Assembly: GCA_964230645.1 (NCBI GenBank) | Contig: CAXRHT010000002.1 | Span: 1 to 64,000 of the forward strand | Direction of reading: 5' to 3' | DNA: 64,000 nucleotides | From: Bdellovibrionales bacterium | GTDB taxonomy: Bacteria > Bdellovibrionota > Bdellovibrionia > Bdellovibrionales > JAGQZY01 | Shown: positions 1 through 8,742 of the stretch, in pieces | How the letters are laid out: every line of letters starts with the position of its first letter | How positions within the stretch are numbered: the first letter of the stretch is position 1 | The notes under the pieces: model-generated | Databases searched by the model: none | What the model saw: the letters and a program-made list of their open reading frames with translations, nothing else | What the model was told of the DNA's origin: nothing | Made by a program: the position numbers and the translations under genes

Positions 1-80
1 TCATCCGATCAAAGGCCGCGTAGTCACTATGCAGAAAAGATAAGGATAAGAAAGTAATAAACCAATTAAAGGGGGAGATA

Positions 81-917
81 ATGGAAACTGAACAAGTAGT
101 CTCGAAAGCTGGAACCAGCTTTGGTGCAAAACCAGACTTCGGGAAAAAAGAACAGGTTTTAAAAGACCTGCCGAGTATCAGGCTTTCGCCTGAGCAAATC
201 GAAGAAATTCACGCAGACGAATATTCACTCATGCTGTTTTATGCAACAAGAGTTGAGGCTTTAACGCTTGGGGAAATCAAAAGAAGATTTCCTGAGCCGT
301 CACCCAAAAAGGCTCACTCGGTTCTCAGTAGATATGTGGAGTGCGGATTAGTTCATATCAATAATGAGGGGAGATACTATTCAAATTACCCCGACAATTA
401 TATTAATTATTCCGATTACAAATATGATGCGGATCTGGAAGCTAAGAAAGATGCAAAAATATTTGAGCTTATGAAAGAGTACACGGGCCAATCAGAGTAT
501 TGGGCCACTCGATCATATTTTTCTATTGATTCATTTTTCACAACAGAGCAAACACAGGAACTAAAGGATATGTTTACAGCAATTAAATATAAGGCAAAGC
601 AATTCTCAAACGAAAATTCTAAAAATGGTAAAGTCAATGGATTGAAATTCCGGCGACTGAAGTTCTACGATATGATTCTCGGGATGCTTTTTGCCGTGGT
701 CTTGTTTTCACTGCCTGCACCACAAGCGATGGCTGGAAATGACCCTGGTGGTCCTGCAATAATGAGATTGACCAATATTGCACCAATTCAAGTCGGTGAC
801 CTGATAGACAGAATGCTCACAAGTAGAGATACTCTCGCTGCGGGTGGGGGTAATGATCCGGGTAATTTGATGACCTTCACAGAGCCGAGAGTAATGGGCA
901 AAGTTTGGGATTCATAG
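81..917 (+). CDS. Winged-HTH-like (possibly DUF4423/TIGR02147-like) protein with internal signal-peptide/TM segment and G(GG)NDP repeats; ends at a TAG that looks premature
   Basis: SD AAAGGGGGA upstream; LTLGEIKRRF...AHSVLSRYVECGLVHINNEGRYY is wHTH-like; residues 198-218 MILGMLFAVVLFSLPAPQAMA are hydrophobic and end in AxA. Confidence 0.6.
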   Translation: METEQVVSKAGTSFGAKPDFGKKEQVLKDLPSIRLSPEQIEEIHADEYSLMLFYATRVEALTLGEIKRRFPEPSPKKAHSVLSRYVECGLVHINNEGRYYSNYPDNYINYSDYKYDADLEAKKDAKIFELMKEYTGQSEYWATRSYFSIDSFFTTEQTQELKDMFTAIKYKAKQFSNENSKNGKVNGLKFRRLKFYDMILGMLFAVVLFSLPAPQAMAGNDPGGPAIMRLTNIAPIQVGDLIDRMLTSRDTLAAGGGNDPGNLMTFTEPRVMGKVWDS

Positions 918-1196
918 TTTGAAGTTCAAGCTGGTGGTGGTCATGACCCAGAAGGTAGAGATTCTAATACTGGTGCAGATCGAGCCGGTGGGGGGCATGA
1001 TCCAGGTAAGCCCGATGCAGCCAGAACTTGTATATTAGAGGTCTATCAGTCTGAAGGATGGTTGTTAGATCTTAGTAATTCCTGCTTGGATCTTTTGTAT
1101 GATATTGCAGGAGAGGAATGCGAGATCATTGGGAGTGCGAATTTTTGCTCTCTTCGCACTAAGATAGAAGCCATTTATAATTCCATTGAAATTTAA
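918..1196 (+). other. In-frame coding continuation of the 81..917 ORF past TAG (92 codons, two more AGGGHDP repeats, 4 Cys)
   Basis: Manual translation: FEVQAGGGHDPEGRDSNTGADRAGGGHDPGKPDAARTCILEVYQSEGWLLDLSNSCLDLLYDIAGEECEIIGSANFCSLRTKIEAIYNSIEI*; no ATG in this frame; hairpin follows the TAA. Confidence 0.8.
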
Positions 1197-1206
1197 AAGA
1201 AATAGT

Positions 1207-1227
1207 GGGGCTACAAACCGTAGCCCC
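1207..1227. terminator. Intrinsic terminator hairpin between convergent genes
   Basis: GGGGCTAC-aaacc-GTAGCCCC perfect 8-bp stem; T-rich tail on the minus strand. Confidence 0.7.
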
Positions 1228-1238
1228 CAAAGTTAGAT

Positions 1239-1538
1239 TTAGTTGGATTTCTTATTAATTTTTGTAACTTTAAATCGAGTTGTGTTGATAGCTTTTTTTA
1301 ATTTTTCTCCATGGATTTCGTGTCCGACAATCAAAACTGTTCCATTAGAAATATCAACTGAAACACTCTTAACACCTTTGATTTTCTTAACTTTATTTTC
1401 TACTGCTGAAGCACACATGGGGCATGTCATGCCAGTCACACTTGCTATAAATTGAGATTCTTTTGAAAAGGAAACGTTGGACCAGAAAAGTAATAATATT
1501 ACGATGACAGATTTCACAGTAGTTACCTTAACTAACAC
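1239..1538 (-). CDS. Exported heavy-metal-associated (HMA) domain protein, MerP/CopZ-like
   Basis: Signal-like N-terminus and GMTCPMC motif. Confidence 0.85.
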   Translation of the reverse strand: MLVKVTTVKSVIVILLLFWSNVSFSKESQFIASVTGMTCPMCASAVENKVKKIKGVKSVSVDISNGTVLIVGHEIHGEKLKKAINTTRFKVTKINKKSN

Positions 1539-2190
1539 ATGCTGGGCATTTCGCTGATTTTCTTAGTTTTAAATTCCACAGACTTACACCTATTATTGCA
1601 AAAATGCCCCCATACATAAGACTCATGTTAACGGGACCATTAATATATATGTAACGACCTACATATAAGCTAACTCCTGAAAAAGTTCCTAACAATAGGG
1701 GGATGTAATTGCCGTGTTCTCGAAGTGCTGACCAAAATAAGCCTAAAAAGTTTAAGGCTAAGAAAACAATGAGCAAGGGGTGTAAAAAAGATTCTGTAAC
1801 AAGAAAGCCTAATCCAATAGAAGACAAAAAAGCTCCAATTGCAGGTATGCAAACTGGACACAGGCCGACAGTGAACGCCGCTCCAAAAGAGCCAGTTGAA
1901 GCAAAAAAACTAGTTTTTTGTTTAATACTTAGGCCGTTTAGTTTAGATCGAATTAATTCCTCATTTAGTTTTTCAGCACTACAAGCTGAACTCCCTGGCG
2001 CAATTTTATAACCATAGATTATCTTTTCTCCCTGTAGAATTGAAGGCGAAGAGTATTCCAACATTGGGTGGTTTTTAGAAAGATCATCTTGTTTGATAAC
2101 TTCAAAATCAAGCATGGAACCAAGAAGAAGTGCTCGGGCATCCTTTGCATTAGGGCAGCCTTCAAAATATATTAATTTTATATTAGTCAT
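1528..2190 (-). CDS. Thioredoxin-like domain fused to MerC-family metal transporter
   Basis: N-term IKLIYFEGCPN...SSPSIL...SAC; C-term GLCPVCIPAIGAFLSSIGLGFL...HGNYIPLLLG is MerC-like; terminal CPAC; start moved to ATG 2190 with GGAGGA SD. Confidence 0.75.
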   Translation of the reverse strand: MTNIKLIYFEGCPNAKDARALLLGSMLDFEVIKQDDLSKNHPMLEYSSPSILQGEKIIYGYKIAPGSSACSAEKLNEELIRSKLNGLSIKQKTSFFASTGSFGAAFTVGLCPVCIPAIGAFLSSIGLGFLVTESFLHPLLIVFLALNFLGLFWSALREHGNYIPLLLGTFSGVSLYVGRYIYINGPVNMSLMYGGIFAIIGVSLWNLKLRKSAKCPACVS

Positions 2191-2596
2191 TAATGTCCTC
2201 CATCCCTTCAATTATGGGACAGTTCGATGAAGTTTTACTTTTTTCACAGTCTTTTATTAATTTTTCCAGCGTTCCTTCAATTTGAGAAAGTAATCTTATT
2301 TTTTCACGAACGTCTTCAAGTTTGCTTTTCGCGCGATTCCGAACTCTTTTACATCTCCCTACAGATGGAGCTCGCAAGTTAATAAGCTGTTTAATTTCTT
2401 CTAAACTGAAACCTAGTTCTTGTGCGTGTTTAACAAAGCCAATGGTTTTTTCAGCCTCCTGTGAATAAAGTCGATACCCTGAATCTTTGACTTTTGTAGG
2501 TTTTAATAAATTACGCTTTTCATAATATCTGAGTGTCGCAATAGGGACCTTAGATATTTTAGCCAATTCACCTATTTGAATTAATTTTTTTTCCAT
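2183..2596 (-). CDS. MerR-family metal-responsive regulator
   Basis: IGELAK...TLRYYE...GYRLY...AQELGFSLEEIKQL; three Cys (C..., C, CPII) as in MerR/ZntR/CadR. Confidence 0.93.
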   Translation of the reverse strand: MEKKLIQIGELAKISKVPIATLRYYEKRNLLKPTKVKDSGYRLYSQEAEKTIGFVKHAQELGFSLEEIKQLINLRAPSVGRCKRVRNRAKSKLEDVREKIRLLSQIEGTLEKLIKDCEKSKTSSNCPIIEGMEDIND

Positions 2597-2601
2597 ACTT
2601 C

Positions 2602-2633
2602 ATTATAAACCCTAAACCTAGGTTGAGAGTCAA
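2602..2633 (-). promoter_or_regulatory. MerR-type promoter/operator for the merR operon
   Basis: Minus strand TTGACT-20 nt (ctcAACCTAGGTTtagggtt)-TATAAT; long spacer with a dyad. Confidence 0.85.
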
Positions 2634-2694
2634 CGGTGAGAAAAAGTAAGAGATTTTAATATTTTACGGTCATGATTTTTTTAGATAAACCATA

Positions 2695-2726
2695 TTGACT
2701 CTCAACCTAGGTTTAGACCGTATACT
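2695..2726 (+). promoter_or_regulatory. MerR-type promoter/operator for the thioredoxin-like gene
   Basis: TTGACT-20 nt (ctcAACCTAGGTTtagaccg)-TATACT. Confidence 0.85.
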
Positions 2727-2751
2727 GTCAATAATAACAAGGAGGAGAAAA

Positions 2752-3027
2752 ATGAGCAAAAAAAGAACAGTCGAAGTTTTCACAGCAGGGTGTCCCGTAT
2801 GTCAACCAACAGTAGATCTTGTAAATGAGTTAGCCTGTGACTCTTGTGAAGTCACAGTTTACGACCTGAACAAAGGCTGTGATACGATGGAATGCCGTGA
2901 AAAGGCAGAAAAGTATGGTATTACAAAATTACCTGCGATAGCCGTTAATGGATCACTTTTAGATTGCTGTAAGACTGGCTCGATTACCAAAGATGCATTG
3001 ATTGCAGCAGGAATTGGACAGGCTTGA
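2752..3027 (+). CDS. Small Cys-rich thioredoxin/glutaredoxin-like protein
   Basis: VEVFTAGCPVC, CDSC, YGITKLPAIAVNG, CC; SD AAGGAGG before ATG 2752 (the TTG at 2695 is the -35 box). Confidence 0.85.
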   Translation: MSKKRTVEVFTAGCPVCQPTVDLVNELACDSCEVTVYDLNKGCDTMECREKAEKYGITKLPAIAVNGSLLDCCKTGSITKDALIAAGIGQA

Positions 3028-3141
3028 TCCGCTTCAATCTTAATTAACTTAGCTTCCATAATCGCCCGAACAGATTTTTCCGAGATAGGAAGACTTTCGG
3101 GCCTATAGGAATTCACTAATTTAACGGAGTTGAAGTCAGCA

Positions 3142-3384
3142 TTACAGTTGTTTATTTACTTTAATATTTGAGTGACGCCCATTTAATTTCTTAAAGATGT
3201 AAATTATCAAGAAAATTACGGCAACAAATATGCTGAGCATGAATAATCCGCCTAGCAGCATTCCAAACCAGCCCATTGAACCACACATTTCGCAGCTATC
3301 CATCATTGACTGATTGCTCATTTGAGCGAACGACAAAGAAGGGGTAAGTATTAGAATTAAGGGAAGTAGAAAGACTTTATTCAT
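3142..3384 (-). CDS. Small hypothetical membrane protein (signal peptide, Met/Cys-rich stretch, one TM)
   Basis: MNKVFLL...SFA; MMDSCEMCGSMGWFG followed by a hydrophobic helix. Confidence 0.6.
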   Translation of the reverse strand: MNKVFLLPLILILTPSLSFAQMSNQSMMDSCEMCGSMGWFGMLLGGLFMLSIFVAVIFLIIYIFKKLNGRHSNIKVNKQL

Positions 3385-3467
3385 ATTCGAAATCTACAAA
3401 ATCTATTTTAATTTTAGTTCTAGGAAATGTTAATAAAATTTGTTTTTTTCTTATCATTTAAACACAG

Positions 3468-4670
3468 CTAAAAGGCCAACATGACTCCAATGCCTAGCCA
3501 TGCAAAAGCTAAATTAGCTATCCAGAACAGAATAATTTCGCTTATTTTTTTATCATTGCTTTTCTTATCTGGCTTCTTTTTATACCAATGCGCGACAAAA
3601 CAAATAGCAGAAACAAGAATAAATGCCAGATTAAAAAAGAGCGTATAGTCTATTTTGAAGAAGTTTCTTTCAGAAACTGATTTTGCACTCGAAGGATCTG
3701 GTAAAAGGTCAAAAAATGCAAACCCATAGTGCATAATAATAGAAGTTCCAACAAGAATGAATAGGAAAACACCGAGTATATAAATCGCCATTTTTCACCC
3801 ATAATATTTTGCTTGGATTCTTAAAACAGGAAAAACGACAAGATCACTGAAAATAAATGCCACTATACCCGCAAAGCTGACGCCATTAGAAAATAACACG
3901 GCGGCCAGGGGGATATTTCCCATTGATCCTATAAATGTAAAAAAGGCGGCAACGGGTCCGACCAAACTTTGTAAAAGTATTTCGATAAAACTTGGATCTT
4001 CGCTTCCGGCTCCTATAAACAGTGATTCAAAAAAACTTTTAGGCATAAACGTGGCAATAATACCTGCTACAGTAAACCCAATAGTAACGTCTTTCCATAC
4101 CATCATCCATTCCATAACGTATTTATGTGCGACTTTAAGCCAACCCTCTTTGGACTTTATTAAAGTTTTCCAATCTTTATGGTTATCGTTTTTTTCACTT
4201 TTTTCGTTATCTTTTGCAACACTTCGAGCCTCCTTTTCAAGTTTTTTTGGCAGAGTCAATTTTACCACCAAGGACATAAACAAAATCAGCAGAAGACCAC
4301 CTAAATACTCTCCGACGACAAATTGCCAGGAAAGAAATATGGATATTACTATACCTAATTCAATCACTAGGTTTGTTGAAGCCAATAAGAAGGATAAGGA
4401 AGGAATAAGGCCAGCTCCCTTTGCAAAGAGAGCTCTGGTTGTAGAAAGAGCTGCAAAAGAGCATGAGCTGGAAATAAATCCAAAGAAAGTTCCTAGTCCA
4501 ACACTTTTTACTCCAGCCTCTCCCATTGTGTTCTTCATTCTTTCTTCAGTAACAAACACTTGAATCATACTGCTAATGACATACCCTAGTCCAAAAGCCC
4601 AGAATGCCATCCAAAAAAGACCTAAAGTTGTTGTCGCAGACTTTGCCCATAAATCTAAAAAATTTTCCAT
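3468..4670 (-). pseudogene. DUF318/ArsP-family permease interrupted by in-frame TGA at 3795-3797
   Basis: SSCSFAA, ASTNLVIELG, FIGSMGNIPLAA motifs; ORFs 3795..4670 and 3468..3791 are in one frame: ...AKYYG*KMAIY... Confidence 0.8.
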
Positions 4671-4855
4671 ATTTCTAAAATTCCTATATCGAAAAAAGCA
4701 GCGTTATCTGAGAGAGAGTCATTGCCAATAATACTGTGATGATTCCTCCTTTGATGTTCATACCACGAAGAAGTTTAATGTAGCCAGTTTTATCTAAATA
4801 ACCGATATTGAAACAAATTCTTTTTTATTAGTACCACAAAAGAAGTATCCAAAGT

Positions 4856-5566
4856 TTATCGTTTAATAAAATGTTTTTTAAATGAAAAAAAGAATAAAAC
4901 GAATCCAGTTAAAGTCACTGAAGCCGCCAAAAGTGCGGCAAGCACCAACCACCAATGGTTAAAATATTTTCTTTCTGAATAGTCCATAATGTGTAACATC
5001 CATAAAAAGTCGTAGATTCTCCAGATGTTACCTCTTGTAGCTTTTAATCTTCCATCTCTTGATGAGATATAAAAACTGGTATCTTGGGTATCCTCAAAAT
5101 CAATACGCCACACGGGGTAACTTGCACGATATTCAATTATGGGTTCAGTTATAAGGCGAACGTTTTTAATTTTTGCCTCACCTTTGTATCGAGAAAGTGC
5201 AATTCTTCTAGCAAGGTGGGATGAGATGGGAGATAACCTATTACCATTAACCGCATCAATAAGTGATACTTTATCTTTCTTATCTGTGACTTCGTATACT
5301 GGAGTATCGAGGAGTATTTTTAGTTTGATTTCTTTAATAGAATCAGGGCTCATTCCTGAATACTCAATAGCTTCAGCAGCAGAAGTAAAGTCAGCCCTTA
5401 TTTTCAAGGGTATAAAATCGGGTGTTTTAATGAGGTTCTCGCTTCGAACAGTTTCTATGGGAACAAAGCTCATGAACAACCCGCTCACAGTCCAGAGGAG
5501 AACTTGAACTCCAACGATCAGTGCCAGCCAACGATGCCATTTTCTCATTCGCAATGAAAATTTCAT
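4856..5566 (-). CDS. PepSY-associated TM / PepSY domain protein
   Basis: RKWHRWLALIVGVQ...WTVSG; WRIYDFLWMLHIMDY. Confidence 0.8.
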   Translation of the reverse strand: MKFSLRMRKWHRWLALIVGVQVLLWTVSGLFMSFVPIETVRSENLIKTPDFIPLKIRADFTSAAEAIEYSGMSPDSIKEIKLKILLDTPVYEVTDKKDKVSLIDAVNGNRLSPISSHLARRIALSRYKGEAKIKNVRLITEPIIEYRASYPVWRIDFEDTQDTSFYISSRDGRLKATRGNIWRIYDFLWMLHIMDYSERKYFNHWWLVLAALLAASVTLTGFVLFFFSFKKHFIKR

Positions 5567-6045
5567 TTTTTTGATTCCTGAATCAAGGATTTACTTTCTT
5601 CCACCCAGCGGCTAATTTTCTCTTTTTCATAATTGTCGATACGAGAATTCCAGTTCAATATTTTGTAGCGTAGTGGAGGCATTTCTTTTTTTTCAATAAC
5701 ATCGGAGATAGCTAGAAGGTCCTCACTTGGTGTGCCATGACCTTTAAATGGGAAGCCGCCTCTCATATCTAAGTGTTTTTTAGCCTCTTTCATGTCGCTA
5801 TTCATTATACCTTTTGCTATGGGAAGAACATGGTACCAGGGAAGATTTTTAGGCTGTCCGTGACAATCCATACATTTGTTTTCAAAAATTGGAGCTATTT
5901 CTTTTTGGTATTTTTTGTTGATTTGACTAAGGACAGATTCGGAGGCTACTTTTGACTCTTTTTTATTGAGGCCATGCTCTTCTCCTTGATGTGCGTAGGT
6001 AAGGGAGCTTAAAAAGACAAAAATTGCTAAGGCTAATTTTTCCAT
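5563..6045 (-). CDS. Exported heme-binding (c-type cytochrome) domain protein
   Basis: Signal peptide, CMDCH heme motif, LPWY and EMPP motifs. Confidence 0.8.
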   Translation of the reverse strand: MEKLALAIFVFLSSLTYAHQGEEHGLNKKESKVASESVLSQINKKYQKEIAPIFENKCMDCHGQPKNLPWYHVLPIAKGIMNSDMKEAKKHLDMRGGFPFKGHGTPSEDLLAISDVIEKKEMPPLRYKILNWNSRIDNYEKEKISRWVEESKSLIQESKK

Positions 6046-8372
6046 TTATTGGACCTTCCTAATCGTAAGGCATTTCCGATGACTGAAACAGAACTTAAGC
6101 TCATTGCCGCAGCTGCATACATAGGGCTTAGTAAAATTCCTACAAAAGGATAAAGCACACCGGCAGCTACAGGAACGCCAAGGCCATTGTAAATAAAAGC
6201 AAAAAATAGGTTTTGCTTAATATTTCTAATTGTCATCTGACTAATCTCTCTAGCTTTAGCGATTCCTCTAAGGTCACCCTTTACTAATGTCACGTCAGCA
6301 CTTTCCATTGCGATATCTGTGCCGGTACCCATTGCAATACCTATATGAGCCTGCGCAAGAGCGGGAGCATCATTGATTCCGTCGCCAGCCATAGCCACGA
6401 TATATCCTTCATGCTGAAGCTTCTTAATGGCATCAGCTTTTTGACTGGGCAACACATCTGCAATAACTTCATCCAGTCCAATTTGAGAGGCAACGGCTTC
6501 AGCAGTTTTTTTATTGTCTCCAGTTAACATGATGACTTTAAGGCCTTCACTTTTAAGTTTTAGAATGGCTTCCTTGGAAGTTTCTTTTATTGGGTCAGCG
6601 ACACCGAAAATTCCAAATATTTTATCTTTGTTACCAACAAACATGACTGTTTGTCCTAAGGTCCGTAATTCATCAACTTTGCTGATAAGTGATGGCTCAA
6701 TTTTTAAATCGGCAAACAATGCATTATTACCTAAAAGAATTTTATGTCCTTCTATTTCGGCTTCAACTCCTTTGCCGGTAATGGAACTGAAGTTTTGAGT
6801 GGTTTTTAATTCAATATTTCGTTGTTTTGCTCCATTTAATATTGCTGCTGCTAAAGGATGTTCACTTCCAACTTCCAGACTTGCAGCAAGCTCTAAAACT
6901 TTTTCTTCACTGAAGTCTGAAAAACTAATGACCGAAACGAGCTTAGGCTTTCCTTCTGTAATTGTTCCTGTTTTATCTACCACAAGTGCATTGACCTTTT
7001 CCATTTGTTCAATGCTTTCAGCATTTTTAAACAGTACACCTAGGCTCGCTGCCTTTCCAGTGGCTACCATTATTGACATTGGGGTTGCTAAACCAAGCGC
7101 ACAAGGACATGCAATGATAAGAACAGCTACGGCATTGATGATTCCATAGACTAAGCTCGGTTGAGGTCCTATAAAATACCAGATAAAAAAAGTAATGATC
7201 GAAATCAATATCACTGAAGGCACGAAATAAGCAGATACTTGGTCTGCAAGCTTTTGAATGGGAGCCCGACTTCTTTGAGCCTCTCCCACCATTTTTACGA
7301 TCTGAGAAAGTAGGGTATCTTTTCCAACTTTTTCAGCTTCGACCACAAGTGACCCAGTTCCATTTATTGTTGCGCCCACAACAAGGTCACCGGAGGTTTT
7401 TTCAACGGGGATTGGTTCTCCTGTAATCATAGACTCATCGACAATCGATTTGCCTTCAATGACTTTTCCATCCACTGGGATCTTCTCTCCTGGGCGCACT
7501 CGAAGTCTGTCTCCAATACGAATATCCTCGACTGGAATATCTTCTTCTTCGCCATTTTTACTAATTTTTCTAGCCTGTTTTGGTGCTAGTCCTAAAAGCG
7601 ATTTAATCGCCGCACCTGTTTGGCTTCTGGCTCGAAGCTCAAGAACCTGTCCTAAAAGCACAAGTGCGACTATGACAGCTGCCGCCTCAAAATAGAGTCC
7701 AACTTCTCCAGATCCATCTTTGAACGATGCTGGGAAGAGATTTGGAAAAAATACAGCTATAAGACTATAAGTGTAAGCGACACCAACTCCCACGCCAATG
7801 AGGGTGAACATGTTTAGGTTTTTATTTTTTAAAGATTGGTAAAATCTCTCGAAAAAAGGCAAGCCTGCCCATAAAACGACCGGTGAGGCTAATAAGACTT
7901 CAAGATAGCTTAAAAGTCGCCCTGAAACGATATCCTCGAAAAAGTGTCGACCGCCCATGGTAATTACTAAAAGTGGTAAACATAAAATGACACTCACCCA
8001 GAAACGTCGACTCATATCATTGAGTTCGGTTTTATCTTCTTCTATGTCTAGTGAAATTTCGGTGGGTTCCAATGCCATACCACAAATGGGACAAGTTCCG
8101 GGGCCTATTTGTTTTACTTCGGGGTGCATAGGGCAAGTGTATTCTACATTTGAGTGATCGATTTTATTTTGAGGTTTTGGGTGTAGATATTTTTGGGGAT
8201 CACTCTTAAATTTCTCTTTGCAACGAGGGTTACAGAAAAAGTATTTATTTTCTTTATAAGTAAAGATTCCTCCGGCTGCATTTTGTGGATCAACATTCAT
8301 GCCACAAACTGGGTCTTTAGTTACGGGTGATGTGCTTTTTTTAGTATGAGTGCAGTTGATATGCTGATCCAT
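6033..8372 (-). CDS. copA: Cu(I)/Ag(I) P1B-type ATPase with YHS and metal-binding domains
   Basis: DPVCGM...YFFC (YHS), [41 protein letters not shown] and MSLSS. Confidence 0.95.
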   Translation of the reverse strand: MDQHINCTHTKKSTSPVTKDPVCGMNVDPQNAAGGIFTYKENKYFFCNPRCKEKFKSDPQKYLHPKPQNKIDHSNVEYTCPMHPEVKQIGPGTCPICGMALEPTEISLDIEEDKTELNDMSRRFWVSVILCLPLLVITMGGRHFFEDIVSGRLLSYLEVLLASPVVLWAGLPFFERFYQSLKNKNLNMFTLIGVGVGVAYTYSLIAVFFPNLFPASFKDGSGEVGLYFEAAAVIVALVLLGQVLELRARSQTGAAIKSLLGLAPKQARKISKNGEEEDIPVEDIRIGDRLRVRPGEKIPVDGKVIEGKSIVDESMITGEPIPVEKTSGDLVVGATINGTGSLVVEAEKVGKDTLLSQIVKMVGEAQRSRAPIQKLADQVSAYFVPSVILISIITFFIWYFIGPQPSLVYGIINAVAVLIIACPCALGLATPMSIMVATGKAASLGVLFKNAESIEQMEKVNALVVDKTGTITEGKPKLVSVISFSDFSEEKVLELAASLEVGSEHPLAAAILNGAKQRNIELKTTQNFSSITGKGVEAEIEGHKILLGNNALFADLKIEPSLISKVDELRTLGQTVMFVGNKDKIFGIFGVADPIKETSKEAILKLKSEGLKVIMLTGDNKKTAEAVASQIGLDEVIADVLPSQKADAIKKLQHEGYIVAMAGDGINDAPALAQAHIGIAMGTGTDIAMESADVTLVKGDLRGIAKAREISQMTIRNIKQNLFFAFIYNGLGVPVAAGVLYPFVGILLSPMYAAAAMSLSSVSVIGNALRLGRSNKWKN

Positions 8373-8387
8373 ATTTAATTCTCCTGG

Positions 8388-8729
8388 TTATAAAACCTTA
8401 ACGACTCCAGCTTTCATGTCCATGCCACAAAGTAATTTAATGTCGCCAGCCCTATCTAATTGACCAATAGTGAAGCGAACTTCTTTATTTAACGGAAGCT
8501 TGGTTTCACCTTTCCCGTTCACATTTTTTAATTCAGTCATGCAGGTTTTATCAGTTGTACGTGTAACTAATAAGGTCAGTGTTTCACCCTTTTTTGCTTC
8601 AATTTTTGCAGGTTTGAATCCATCCTCAGAGATACTGACTTTGACAGTTTTTTCATTTTCTAAATGAGCACCCTCATGAGCAAACGAAGTGCCTCCTACT
8701 AAGATTGAAATAATAAATAAAAATTTCAT
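8388..8729 (-). CDS. Exported cupredoxin-like protein
   Basis: Signal peptide, GFKPAKI, C...CGMDMKAG. Confidence 0.8.
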   Translation of the reverse strand: MKFLFIISILVGGTSFAHEGAHLENEKTVKVSISEDGFKPAKIEAKKGETLTLLVTRTTDKTCMTELKNVNGKGETKLPLNKEVRFTIGQLDRAGDIKLLCGMDMKAGVVKVL

Positions 8730-8742
8730 ATAATTCTCCTTG

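Noticed and set aside
2859..3116. Antisense and alternate-frame ORFs in the track (e.g. 2859..3116, 4051..4563, 19471..19806, 52948..53583)
   Set aside because: They overlap well-supported genes and carry no recognisable motifs; treated as shadow ORFs
915..3797. Alternative genetic code (TAG or TGA reassigned) in the island
   Set aside because: The two interruptions use different stop codons, and TAG and TGA end many intact genes in the window
4685..4762. 25-codon hydrophobic mini-ORF (MNIKGGIITVLLAMTLSQITLLFSI) on the minus strand
   Set aside because: No SD and too short to support; may be a gene remnant
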